Below, piece by piece: positions 13,101 to 25,031 of a stretch of 64,000 nt of DNA (the stretch's first letter is position 1; each line of letters opens with the position of its first letter). The notes under the pieces are model-generated. The model worked only from the letters and a program-made list of their open reading frames with translations, did no database searches and was not told the DNA's origin. This DNA comes from Antedon mediterranea (lineage: Eukaryota; Animalia; Echinodermata). The translations under genes were made by a program, and so were the position numbers. Location: NCBI RefSeq assembly GCF_964355755.1, contig NC_092675.1, forward strand, positions 2,103,812 to 2,167,811, written 5' to 3'.

Positions 13101-16100
13101 ACACAAAGCAAAATTCAAAATATGTTGAAAAAATATGAATCAAATTAATATTTAATGCCTTGTAACTGGAGAAACTCAAATAAACTCAGAGAGCTTTAAG
13201 ACATGTAGGTTCCACCAGGAAAAAAGTTGTTATAATATAATAATAATAATATATATAATATAATAATACAGTTTGGATCAATGTTCATAGACAGAGACAA
13301 CCAGGGTTACCGTAACAGACGGTACATACACAACGCAAGAGACCAACGCAATATTGATTGTATTTAAAAAAAAAAATAAAATTAGAATAATAAAAAAGAA
13401 ATTGTGCTATATTCACACAGGTCCATCAAGCGTAACAATAATAGATACTACCATAGCAACAGATGACCCTACTCCTACAACCGAAGAAGTTTCTGATACC
13501 ACAACCGAAGAAGTTTCTGATACCACAACCGAAGAAGTTTCTGATACCACAACCAAAGAAGTTTCTGATACCACAACCAAAGAAGTTTCTGATACCACAA
13601 CCGAAGAAGTTTCTGATACCACAACCAAACCATTTGAGAATGTTACGGTTACTACTCCATTCTGTAAGTTGGGAACTATCCTACCAAAATGAATACATTA
13701 TGTACTAAAAACTATCAAAGAACAAGATCTACATAATACATATTTCTTGTAATAAAAAAACCTAGATATCAGACATTGTATATATACATTGGTCGTTTAA
13801 CATTATAAGGTTGAGTACTAGAATAAAATGAAAAGTATGTGTATCTCTACAATATAAACTCATTATACACATTCAGATACTACGCCACCTAGCATAACAT
13901 GTCCGGACGACATAAAAACAACGAATACGACACCGTATTGGAAAGTACCAGATGCCAATAAAAAGAATGTAAACTGCACTGAACAACCAAATACAACATA
14001 TGAAATCGGTTCTATTAATGAAGTTACGTGTATGCTTGAAGTCCCTGCTAGTAACACCAATTGCTCTTTTCTAATAATTATTCGTAAGTAAAACAATTAA
14101 TATTATTATAATATTTTTACGGCAAAAATAATTAGTATTCTTCCTTACAAAATGTCTGAGGAATTGGGTAACAGCGATCATGTGATATTGAGTTATTGTT
14201 GCGCTATTTGAATTTATTTTATCTTAAAAATGTATTGTCGCCCAAAAACATTAACATTGAAGATTAATTAAATCAGGCTTTGAATATCCAACAGCCAATT
14301 TGACAATTTTTTGCTTTAAATTACATTTTTTTCAGGTAAATACACTTTTTTTCAATCCAATTTTTGGTCGAAGTGGATAACTAATATGTTACATTAAAAT
14401 GGAAATATTCAACAACAGTTTTTTTTCAGGGGACAGTATATCTTTAACAAATTCTCAGATAATAATTTATTACATATTTTATGAGGTACAATACAGTTTT
14501 ATTTCATTTTATTTAAAAGAGAAATTTAGGTGCGATGTTAATTGCCACTAAATAATTCCTTACTATATAATTATTTACTTAACTTACTGTACTTTCCTTT
14601 TAGAATCTAATCTTTCTGTGAATATAACAAAGATCACAATGGTACGTACAGATTTGTTTTAACAATCCTCGAGAATTGTTCTCACTGGTGCTGTAACACT
14701 CACAATTTTCAATCAATATACAATTTAAAAATCATCAATATTTAAACACACTTAAAAAATAAAAAACGTTACGTCTAGCCTAAAATTACCAGCAACATAT
14801 AGTTGAATTTGAAGTAACAAAAAGTATATTATAATAATATGAAAAATAACAATGGCAAAATAACATTAAGATAAATGGGAATTTGATTTGATATTTTGTT
14901 GTTAAATATATGTTCTTTTCAGAACGTTACTGAAGATAATGTTGAACAAGTCGCTGTCGATCTTAAAGAGATAACAGACAGCACTACCTTGCAATCTGCT
15001 GATATAATCGAAGTGTCGTCAGGGATAGAAAACATTGTTGAACTTAACTCCACGAATGAGAATGTAGGTAGACCTTTCTTAAATATTCGTTGTTTATAAT
15101 TTTTTTTTTCAATTTCCTGATAAATTTGCTATTTAAAAAATGTATTAAAATTTCATAAATAATTATCTATATACAGTAACTAGTATCCAATATAATGAAT
15201 GTATTTTGAAATAACAACATTATTTCTTCATGATGTCAAGAGTGGTGTAGTCGACTACACTGCATACATTTAAAGCAATTAGATAATGTTCTTTTTTTTT
15301 CTTTTTCTGTTTGTACGTGTGTTGATATGGATGGAATTTTCGAAATTAAAGAAATTGAAATTGAATTGAATGTCATTTGTATTCTCTTCAGGTTACTAAA
15401 GCTGTTATTAATATAATCGATAACGTTGTTGAAGCAGTAGAAGAAGATACTGAGGATCTCCCAGTTGAAACTATAGCGTCAATGTTGGCTTCACTTGAAC
15501 AACAAGTTGCCACCGCTTCTAGAGATGGTCAAAATCTTACCGAAAAAGCTGACAATTTTGCTCTGGAAACTAAAACTTTAAATACGCAATTTCTTATGTC
15601 AGATGTTGTGTTCATGGTTGATGGCACAGAAACAATCACGTGTCTTGATGAAAGCTGCGAAGAGTCTGAAAGATCAATTAGGTTGGCTCAAAACATCTTA
15701 CAAAACGGTAGGCCCTTACCAAATACTCGAGTTTAAATATATTATAGGTACATTCGTAAGGAGTCTTGATTCGTTTTTTTTCTAACAAAGTCCCTAAACA
15801 TTACTTTTCAGAAAAGCATATCCATCTTAGCTTCATTGTGTATTTCAACGATGTGCTTTTTCCATCAAAAATAGTGAAGGAAACAACGAATTCGACTTCT
15901 GAAGTTATTCTTGCAGCAACCATTTACAATACTCTTCCTCATACTATGATGTCGGAACCAATGGTCAAACTTGTGTTTGATGTTCCCGAGGTATAACTTT
16001 TAAATTTCAATAAGAAAATATGATTCGCTTTGTTCTGTAAACACGATTAACCTTAGATACTAAAACAATTATCTTTTACATTTTATTTTATTTTAAATGA

Positions 16101-19083
16101 TCAAAAGAAACGGGTGAGTTTTATATACCACAGATAGTCTTGAAATATATAATGCATTTATGGTTTGTAATATTCATAAATTCATTCATAAATTAAAAAG
16201 CAACGTACTGTATTCGGTTCTAAAGATAAACTATCTGTAATCTTAACACGATTTGGAAAATCTTTCCTACGGAAAAAAAAAATTATTAGAAAAGCTTATA
16301 AACCTATAATGTGTTCACAAGTCCAATCAAATGACGTCATGATCAATAAAAATATTACAATAATTGTATCGTCACGATTGTATTGTTCTTACTGATCACG
16401 ACGTCATTTGATTGTATTTTGAAAAAAATATATTTATCGAAGACAGTATTGTTTTTCTAGATTCATCTTTTTTGTTCATTTATCGTTCCTTATCGTCCTA
16501 GTATAAACGGGCCTTAATGCAATTAATAGCTCTAAATATTCACAATTTAGAATATGACAGAGGAAAATTCCACTTGTGTATATTGGGACGAAGCTATCTC
16601 CGAATGGTCAGCGTTTGGATGTAATAAAACCGACGAAAACGAAGATAACATCACGTGCGAATGTTCACATCTAACTAGCTTTTCTGTTCTTATGGTAATT
16701 GTTTTTTTGTTTGTTTTTTCTTTCTCTGGTATTCTCATATTAATGATTAATGACAATATATAATTCTCAAAGTCAAAGCCGACAGTGTTTCAATTATGTA
16801 CTTATTTGATGTTGAAGTTTAAATGGTAAATAAACACTAGTAGGAGGTAGTTAGAGAAAGTTACAGTGGCTTGTTATGTTACAAATTTCTTCTGCAGTAA
16901 TACATGTATTTTTTTACTACATTTTAGTTGCCTAAAAATAGAAGTGAGGAGGTGAATAATGCCTTGGACGTGATATCAACTATTGGTTGCTGGTTATCGA
17001 TATGCTGCTTTACTATTACAATAATTACTCTATTGAGTACAAAGTAAGTTTTACTCTTCTTAAGGTATGACAAATTACAAGTTCAGGGCTGTTGACATTT
17101 AACTTATTGGAAGTACTAACTATTTATTTGTAGATAATTTGAATAACAACACTCTGTAATAATTCATTATTATTATCAAAGACAATTATGTACGTGTATT
17201 TTTTTTAACTTGATACCAATATTATTATTATTATATAATGTCTCATTTTATTATTATAGAAAAATCAGAAATCGTCTGCCCCAAAAGATAATGATCAACT
17301 TATGTATCGCACTTTTGTGCTTGGATCTTGTATTTGTCTTGGGTATAGACAACCATAAAAAAGGAAGCACCTCCTGCATTGCTGTGGCAGCTCTACTACA
17401 TTACTTCTTGTTAGTGTCAATATCTTGGACCTTAGTAGAAGCTATCAGTATGTACTTTTTATTCATCAAGATTTTTGACGCTCCTGGAAGCAAGTTTTTG
17501 TGGACAGCAACAAGTTTAGCCTGGGGTAGGTTGAATTTTTTATTTTGTAATTTAATAATTAAACACTAATCCAGTTAACTCTACGAACGCGGTTATAATG
17601 CTATCAAGTTATTATTTTAAGTTTGATTTTTGTTACAGGAATACCATTGGTAGTGGTTGTGGTTTTGTCAGCGTCAGTTACAAACTTTTATACCAACGAA
17701 TTTTAGTAAGTAGACCTGGACTTGAGAAAAACTTAAACTTTAAAGTTGTCTTTTTATTCCACCGCCCAAACCAAAATGTTGAGAATATCTAGATTACGAC
17801 ATCGAAAAATCATCCTTACAATGATTTTTTCATTTTAACAATTACCGATGCAAGCAGAAATGGATGACAATTTTGCCCCGTATCCAAGAAAGTGCACAAT
17901 AAAAAGTTTGTTTTATTGGTTATTAGTGAACATCATATCCAAAATAGTAAATTGTGTAGGTTATGATTGGATTAATAGATACAAAGAAGATTGTTTGTAA
18001 TGGCGGCCATTCATTTGCATATTAGTTGCCAAATGTATGCATTATAATAAATTGTAAAGATGTATATGTCACTTTCTAAACTAAACATTCTTCTAGGCAT
18101 GTTTATCATGAATCAATGATATACAAAGAAAAAAATTGTATTTTACTAAAACAGCTAATTTGTATAATATATAATGTACGTGACTTTTGGGTCCCATTTT
18201 GGATATGTCATTCAGCACGGTATCATTGACCTATAATAAGCAATAAAAGAAGCTTTTGCAATTTATTTGACTGAAGGGTTTAATTCTGCATGACGGTAGT
18301 TTTCAGAATTATTGAAACTTGTATCAGTTAATAGGACACATTAGGTAGACAGTTGCAAATATTAGCAATATTTCGTTTTTCACATCAACTGCGCGCCTAT
18401 CGAGTGATTCTGCGCATAATCATGTTTCTGAGTATGCGCAGAGTGATGTTTCTATTCGACTGTCACTGCGTAGAGGTCGCTATTGTTTGAAAATTGGGAG
18501 AAGGAATTGAATTTTGGAAGGACTGTAATCAAGTTTCTTTTATTATTTCAGCTGCTATCTTAATGCTTCGATGACGAAATTCTTTATTGGTTTTGTGACC
18601 GCACCCATTGCTGTAATTATTGGTTGCAACTTCATCATGTTTGTAATGGTGATTAGAAAGCTTTTCTTCCAAGCGCCAATCAGTGGTAAGATCGCTACGA
18701 AATCCAGGAATACAAAAAGAAAAAGAGCCGCAAACGCAATGGCCATTTCACTGTTATTGGGTCTCACGTGGATGTTTGGTGTTTTGTATTTCGAAAATAT
18801 TGACCTAAAAGGGGAGATAGTATTTGTTTTTCTTTTTGTTTTATTGAACTCTTTCCAGGGGGTTGCTGTCTTCATTCTGTTTTGTGTACTACGAACGGAA
18901 TGTAGACAAGTATGGCGATCCTGGTTTTCTGCCGTAACAGGTTGTATCTCAAATATTCCGCCTCAACGTAAGTCGATGACAGTGTCTGATAGACGACAAG
19001 GAACTCATGATACGGTAGTGAATGATATTTCACTTTCGGCTATCCCTTCCACAAGTAAAGCTCTGTCTACATTATCAAACTAG
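10156..19083 (+). CDS. Adhesion GPCR A: signal peptide-MAM-Thr-rich stalk-HYR-GAIN/GPS-7TM
   Basis: Exons: 10156-10228 (signal peptide), 10521-10643 and 10827-11165 (MAM: CDFDDDFCGW...FCVNLNYY...VAINNVNISKGAC), 11722-11808, probable 12543-12605 and 12790-12852, 13421-13663 (Thr-rich), 13877-14083 (HYR: DTTPPSITCPDDI...CSFLIII), 14604-14641, 14923-15063, 15392-15707, 15812-15990 (GAIN), 16551-16694 (GPS: CVYW...WSAFGC...CECSHL|TSFSVLM), 16928-17043, 17260-17525 ([17 protein letters not shown]), 17639-17705, 18552-19083 ([19 protein letters not shown]). Phases are consistent throughout. Confidence 0.92.
11924..12240 (-). mobile_element. 5S rRNA-derived SINE (SINE3-type), 5'-truncated, in an intron of GPCR A
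   Basis: The minus strand reads AGTTAAGCAACGTTGGGCCTGGTTAGAGCTTGGATGGGAGACCATCTGGGAATAGCGGGTGCTGTA, which is the 3' ~70 nt of 5S rRNA including the internal control region. About 210 nt of non-5S body and an A-rich tail follow (T-runs at 11926-11954). Confidence 0.8.
13477..13627 (+). repeat. Coding 24-bp minisatellite (TTEEVSDT x6) in the mucin-like stalk of GPCR A
   Basis: ACAACCGAAGAAGTTTCTGATACC repeated 6 times; two units carry AAA in place of GAA. Confidence 0.95.
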
Positions 19084-19205
19084 TTCGACATAAAAAAAAA
19101 GTGTGATATGCCCAGATATGGTAGAGATATGGCCAAATATGGTAGAGATATGGCCAAATATGGTAGAGATATGGCCAAATATGGTAGAGATATGGCCAAA
19201 TATGG
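19059..19205. mobile_element. MITE left arm overlapping the GPCR A stop codon, followed by a 21-bp tandem expansion
   Basis: TAA|AGCTCTGTCTACATTATCAAACTAGTT matches the family TIR seen at 42827 (TTA|AGCTCTGTCTACACTATCAAACTAGTTT). ATATGGTAGAGATATGGCCAA then repeats about 4 times. Confidence 0.8.
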
Positions 19206-20978
19206 TGTGGTTATGGGGTTGTTAATATAATCTAAAGCTAATTAATGTTATTTAAATCTACCTTGCCGATCAGTATTTTTGCTATTGAATTTTCGTATTT
19301 TTTCAAATTTTTTTATATTGTATTTGTATTGTGATGATTTTTAAATTATAAAATTAATACTAAAGTCAAATTGTTCCTTATAGGCTATGCACGTGGTTTG
19401 TGAGCTAAAAATTGTGAGACAAAACGTTTTCGATAACACGGTTATACACCGTGAAATGTGTAATTAATACAATAATATTCTTTACTTCATGATTCAACAT
19501 AATATACTAAATGTTCATCTTTTATTACTTAGTACCTAACCTCCTTCCCATTTGATTGGTTGATCTCGTATAACATGTTTTAACAGTCATTCCCTAAAAA
19601 CAGATAACAGTGTACTAGGCCTTCCCGCATATTCTTGTACACATCATATCATATTGCTCAATGAACTCAACCTAAACTTAATAATGAGTGGACAAAGGTG
19701 TTACTTGAAAACAGGTATAGTGATCTACATTAAGTAAGTCATAATTATTATACGTTGGCATGTTGCCCTCTGAAGAAGTGATATGTTTCTTTCCTCACGA
19801 TTTTTTAAACAAACAACTAAAAACTATATAATGAATGCAATTACCGTTATAACTTTAAAATAACATAGTACATATCTTAGACTTTATCTTGTTACTTGTT
19901 ATCTTAATTGATCTTGTTAATTGTTATCTTAATTTATCTTATTAATTGTTATCTTAATTGATCTTGTTAATTTTTATCTTAATTAATGTTGTAATTTTAA
20001 TGTGTTCTTTACATTGTTGTGCGTATATCAAAAATATTTTCTTATTTCCATTTCCATTCAATTTACCAAACCTAAACTAATATTTAATAAACTAAACTAA
20101 TAATAAACTAATTTGTGTTTATATGATGTTTTTTTTATTTAAACAAATCCATATACATGGCTTCAGTCACGTGCGTAAATTTGAGTTAGTGTTTACCGAC
20201 CGACACCGACCGACCGACATAATGAGCTATAGAGTAAACTAAAAGACTAAAAATACCAATTCTGTACTATTTGGGTGAACAAACATTTCACTATCAATTA
20301 TTTATAGCCATGAATAATATTAATTATACTATTTAGAATATGTAAATTTCCTTGTAATTAAGCTTTGGCTGCGATGACGATATCTGAAATAAATTAAATG
20401 AAATGAAAAATGGTATGCATTATTAGTCTATGATTATTAGTCAAATCTATGGTTTGTTCCATGTTCACCGTAAACTCCAATACGCTAATCGTGAACTACT
20501 TCGTTTTAAAGCTAGTTTTGCTAGAATGCGATAAAGGTGAAGAATACTTTATAATTGTCCAAGCAACACATAATGTTTATTATTGTTATGTCCTATAAAA
20601 TGATATCAATACAAACACAATGTAACGTAATGTACTATACTTGTAATAGAAAGGCGGAAAATGTAACTTCAAACTAATGTTGGCATTATCTAAAACGTTT
20701 CCTTATTTCCGCATTATGTGGTTACAAGACATTTTTTTCTCAACACGTTTGTGGCAACAATAATTGCTTGTAGTTGCTTTCCCAGCTGTCTTCTTTTACT
20801 GTAAATACACCAGGAACTATATCAGTTTAAAGAAGTGTGTATCGTCTGAAAAAAGCATTGTTACCTTTATGACGTGGAAAATGCGCAATCAATCATAAGT
20901 CATAAATGTTCGATTCACGCGAATATATTCGCTAATGCACAAGATGGTTAAAGGGCGAGAAAACCTTCATTTGGAAAG

Positions 20979-21599
20979 GTGTCTGACTATGTTATGATAG
21001 ATAGGATAGCTTCTGATTTCGCTTCAATTAAAGGAGATATGTCGAAAGGATTTGACAGGCTAACTAAAAAAATAACTGATTTGGAAGAAGAAAATATAAG
21101 ACTAAAAAACACAAACAAAGTTATAACTACACAACTAGATAAACTAGAAGCTGAAAGTCGTCGTAATAACATCATTATTTATGATATCCCTGAAGATGAT
21201 AGAAATGAAACGTGGCTTGACTGCGAACGAAAGGTAAAGGATTATATAACAACAAATTTAGAAATCGAAGAGGTCGCTTTCGAGAGAGCGCATAGATTGC
21301 ACAGCAAAAGTAACCCACGACCAATCATAGCAAAACTTACTAGCTACAAACAAAAAGATGAAATAATGTCCAAAAATAGAGCACTCAAAAGGAAAATGAC
21401 TGGAAATAAATCAAAAATTAACATGGGTGAAGATTATACTTTCAGAGTCCGTAAAATTAGAAAAGGCCTACAACCAAGGATACAACAAGCAATCAAAAAC
21501 AACGATCGTTTTCGGCTCAGATATGATAAGCTGTTTATAGGCGACGAAGTATATACATTCAACGTAGAAGACAACAAAATCATAAACCTCACAAAATAG
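20979..21599 (+). CDS. LINE ORF1 (coiled coil + L1/CR1-type RNA-binding region); possibly 5'-truncated
   Basis: Heptad-rich N-terminus, then LEAESRRNNIIIYDIPE...FERAHRL...RPIIAKL...GEDYT...LRYDKLFI, motifs typical of LINE ORF1. The frame is open from 20952 and the first ATG is at 20994. Confidence 0.85.
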   Translation: MSDYVMIDRIASDFASIKGDMSKGFDRLTKKITDLEEENIRLKNTNKVITTQLDKLEAESRRNNIIIYDIPEDDRNETWLDCERKVKDYITTNLEIEEVAFERAHRLHSKSNPRPIIAKLTSYKQKDEIMSKNRALKRKMTGNKSKINMGEDYTFRVRKIRKGLQPRIQQAIKNNDRFRLRYDKLFIGDEVYTFNVEDNKIINLTK

Positions 21600-21641
21600 G
21601 GTTTTGGCCGTGGTCCTAATGAAGAACAATCTGAACCATCT

Positions 21642-24600
21642 TTGAAAGTCACTAAACACATTGATTGTATTTCTTGGAATATTAACGGTATTAATAACAA
21701 ATTCGCTGATTCTGACTTTATTGAGTATGTTAACAAATTTGACATAATTTGTTTTAGTGAAACATGGGATAAATATCGGAACGATTACAATATTGAAGGT
21801 TTTACTTGCATATCAAAATTACCAGATAAAACAAGTCGACATGGAAGAAATAGTGGAGGCGTAATGGTATATTATAAATTAAATCTCGTCGTTGAAGAAC
21901 TGCCAAGTGCATCGAATAACATTATTTGGTTAAGGATTACTCTATCCCCAACCGACACTGTTGTAATCGGTTTTTTGTATAGACCACCAAGTACATCCAG
22001 TTACGCGACAACTGACTTTTTTGACATTTTATCTAACGAATATTTGCATTACAGCTCCCAAATATCAGACATAGTATATGTAGTTGGCGACTTTAATGGT
22101 AGAACTGGTTCGGAGGACGATTACATATCTGCTGACGAAAATGACACATGGAACAATAATCTATTTCTGGAAGACAACATCCGGATTGAAAGTAGAACGA
22201 ATTCTGATTGTATACTAAATTGCTACGGTAAAGATATATTAGAATTTTGCAAAGAAACTGGTATGCGAATCACAAATGGTAGAATTGATAAAGAATCATC
22301 CAGTGGTTTTACATTTATCAGTTCACAAGGTAAAAGTGTATGTGATTACCTTCTTACTAACTCAAACAACTTTAAACTAATATCTTATTTAAGAATTGAT
22401 GACCGTGTTGAATCGGATCATATGCCAATTGCCTTTAGTATTCAATTCAAAGACAAAGAACACACCAAAATGATTGTCAATGAAGATGACACGTTTACCC
22501 AGAGTACGTTCAAATGGTCCAACATTTACATTAATGCATCCAAAGTCAGATGGGAACATGATATCATTGAAACTATTGATAATGATTTTATGAATGCTAT
22601 CTCTCAAAATAAAATTGATGAGGCAGTTTCACATTTATGTAAAATTTTTGAATACGTATGTAAAGGAATTAAGTATACACAAACAAGTAAGTCTTCAACT
22701 TCTACAAAACGAAACGAATGGTTTGATAAAGATTGTAAGAACCTTAAAATGCAGGTTAAACAATCATTAAAGAGATTTAGAATTATGCGCACTCAACCTT
22801 TTTTAAATAATTATATTCAGATAAAAAAGCAATATAAATCGCTATTAAAATGCAAAAAAAATAACTTTCATAAAAGAATACGCAAACAAATTATCGATTC
22901 ACTCAATACAAAGGATAGCAAAACGTTTTGGATGAAGTTGAAGACAAAACAGAAATTATCTTGCGAACTTTCTATTAATCAATGTTATATTCATTTTAAG
23001 AACCTATTTAAAAACGATGAGTCTATTGGTAGCGCTGAGTTGCCAAAAATCACAGAATGCCAACAGAATGAAGACGATGATAATTTAGACCACGACATAA
23101 CGGTGGATGAAATAAAAAAAGCATTTAATTCTCAAAATAGTGGAAAAGCTCCCGGCATTGATGGAATGAATTTTGAATTTTTGCTAAACGCCCCCAACAT
23201 TATTTTTGATATTTTAAAAATTCTTTTTAACGCCATATTTTTAGTTGAAAAATTTCCCAAACAATGGGCAACAAGCTTAATCGTTCCAATTTTTAAAAAT
23301 GGAGATAAAAACAAACCTGAAAATTATAGAGGTATTTCTTTAATTCCAATCCTAGGAAAAATATTTTTAAATATTCTTAATTCTAGGTTAACACAATTTA
23401 CAAATAGTAAAAAGTTAATTCATGAGGAACAAGCAGGCTTTCGTAAGGGATATAGAACGACAGATAATATATTCATTTTAGATACCCTCATCTCTAAATA
23501 CTTAGATAAAAAGCGGGGTAGGATTTTTGTTTGTTTTGTTGATCTTAAACGTGCCTTTGACTCTATAAATCATACACTTTTACTACATAAGTTGAAATGT
23601 ATCGGTGTTTCAGGCAGAATGTTACACATAATAAATTCCTTATACCAAAACTTATCTGCTCATGTTAAAATTGGCAACAAACTTAGTCCATCTTTTAATT
23701 GTTCGATTGGAGTACAACAAGGTTCTCCGTTGTCGTCTTTACTCTTTAATATTTACATTAATGATTTGAGTGGTATACTTAATCAGGTAAACGATTTCAT
23801 TCAAATTGGAGATTGTCATATGAATCATCTTCTTTATGCAGATGACTTAGTGCTTGTTAGTGATACGGTGAAAGGTCTCCAAAAATTAATAAATAAACTT
23901 GAACTTTATTGTGATACTTGGAAACTTACTGTAAACACTACAAAATCCAAAATTATGGTTTTTAAAAATGGCCGCAATTTAAGGAACAACGAAAAATGGA
24001 AGTATAAAAATATTCAATTAAAAATTGTTAATTCGTATAATTATCTTGGTGTTATTTTTAGTTCAAATGGTGCATGGAACAACTCAATGCAACATAATCA
24101 ACAAAAAGCAAATCAAAGTTTATTCTGCTTAAAATCATTCATTTATCGTAACTTATCTTTTCTTCCAATTAATACATGGAACCATATTTTTGATGTGAAA
24201 ATACTTCCTATTTTAACGTATGGAAGCGAAATCTGGGGAATGTCAGATAGCACAAACATTATAGAAAAAACACATACTAAATTTTGTAGATATTTATTGC
24301 AAGTTGGAAAAAATGCACCAAATGCCGCTGTTACTTCTGAGTTAGGTAGATTACCACTTTCTTTGGATTGTTTAGTTACAGTTATAAGATTTTGGTTACA
24401 TATTATTACTTTAGATCATGACAGATTCATTTTTAAGTGTTATGAGTTTCAACTTAGAAAAGTTAACCGTAATGAGAATTGTTGGGCACAACAGGTCAAA
24501 CACTTACTCTTTTCTACTGGTTTTGGTTATATATGGTTACAACAATATGTTAATAGTAAAGGTTTATTTTTGAGAGAATTTAAGTTGCGCTTATGTGATA

Positions 24601-25031
24601 TTGAAAAACAAAAATGCATTCAAAAATTTAGTTTACATAATAAGTTAAGGCTCTTTTCTCTTTATAAAAAAGAAATATGTTTAAGTTATCACTTGACCAA
24701 CATCATTAATTTTAAACAAAGAAGATTATTAACTAAGTTACGTTTAGGGATATTAGAGCTAGAAATTGAAAAGGGCAGATGGGAGGGTGTAGAAAGATAT
24801 AAGAGAACGTGTAAATTATGTAAAAAGAACATTGTTGAGGATGAATATCATTTTATTTTGCAATGCACATTTTACAATGATTTAAGAAAAAGTTTTATTC
24901 CAAGATTTATTCGTGTTTTTCCTTCTATTAATAAGCTTTGTTTATTACTTTCCAACACAAATTTTACTTATAATTTAGGAAAATACGTCTACTTTGCTTT
25001 TGAAAGAAGAAACCATTATCTTAAGTTATAG
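21642..25031 (+). CDS. LINE ORF2: apurinic-like endonuclease + reverse transcriptase + C-terminal CCHC motif (RTE-X-like)
   Basis: Uninterrupted 1129-codon ORF. APE motifs SWNING, SETW, GDFNGR, SDHMPI. RT motifs GKAPGIDG, NYRGISL, EQAGFR, QGSPLS, LLYADD. C-terminal IEKGRW...CKLC...EDEYHFILQC. Confidence 0.95.
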   Translation: MKVTKHIDCISWNINGINNKFADSDFIEYVNKFDIICFSETWDKYRNDYNIEGFTCISKLPDKTSRHGRNSGGVMVYYKLNLVVEELPSASNNIIWLRITLSPTDTVVIGFLYRPPSTSSYATTDFFDILSNEYLHYSSQISDIVYVVGDFNGRTGSEDDYISADENDTWNNNLFLEDNIRIESRTNSDCILNCYGKDILEFCKETGMRITNGRIDKESSSGFTFISSQGKSVCDYLLTNSNNFKLISYLRIDDRVESDHMPIAFSIQFKDKEHTKMIVNEDDTFTQSTFKWSNIYINASKVRWEHDIIETIDNDFMNAISQNKIDEAVSHLCKIFEYVCKGIKYTQTSKSSTSTKRNEWFDKDCKNLKMQVKQSLKRFRIMRTQPFLNNYIQIKKQYKSLLKCKKNNFHKRIRKQIIDSLNTKDSKTFWMKLKTKQKLSCELSINQCYIHFKNLFKNDESIGSAELPKITECQQNEDDDNLDHDITVDEIKKAFNSQNSGKAPGIDGMNFEFLLNAPNIIFDILKILFNAIFLVEKFPKQWATSLIVPIFKNGDKNKPENYRGISLIPILGKIFLNILNSRLTQFTNSKKLIHEEQAGFRKGYRTTDNIFILDTLISKYLDKKRGRIFVCFVDLKRAFDSINHTLLLHKLKCIGVSGRMLHIINSLYQNLSAHVKIGNKLSPSFNCSIGVQQGSPLSSLLFNIYINDLSGILNQVNDFIQIGDCHMNHLLYADDLVLVSDTVKGLQKLINKLELYCDTWKLTVNTTKSKIMVFKNGRNLRNNEKWKYKNIQLKIVNSYNYLGVIFSSNGAWNNSMQHNQQKANQSLFCLKSFIYRNLSFLPINTWNHIFDVKILPILTYGSEIWGMSDSTNIIEKTHTKFCRYLLQVGKNAPNAAVTSELGRLPLSLDCLVTVIRFWLHIITLDHDRFIFKCYEFQLRKVNRNENCWAQQVKHLLFSTGFGYIWLQQYVNSKGLFLREFKLRLCDIEKQKCIQKFSLHNKLRLFSLYKKEICLSYHLTNIINFKQRRLLTKLRLGILELEIEKGRWEGVERYKRTCKLCKKNIVEDEYHFILQCTFYNDLRKSFIPRFIRVFPSINKLCLLLSNTNFTYNLGKYVYFAFERRNHYLKL

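Noticed and set aside
13413-13708. Alternative-frame and antisense repetitive ORFs (PQPKKFLI)n and (VVVSETSS)n
   Set aside because: By-products of the 24-bp coding minisatellite; only the TTEEVSDT frame fits the splice phases.
21599-21605. Slippery heptamer G GGT TTT at the LINE ORF junction
   Set aside because: It lies at and after the stop codon, ORF2 is already in frame 0, and a -1 shift meets TAA within a few codons.
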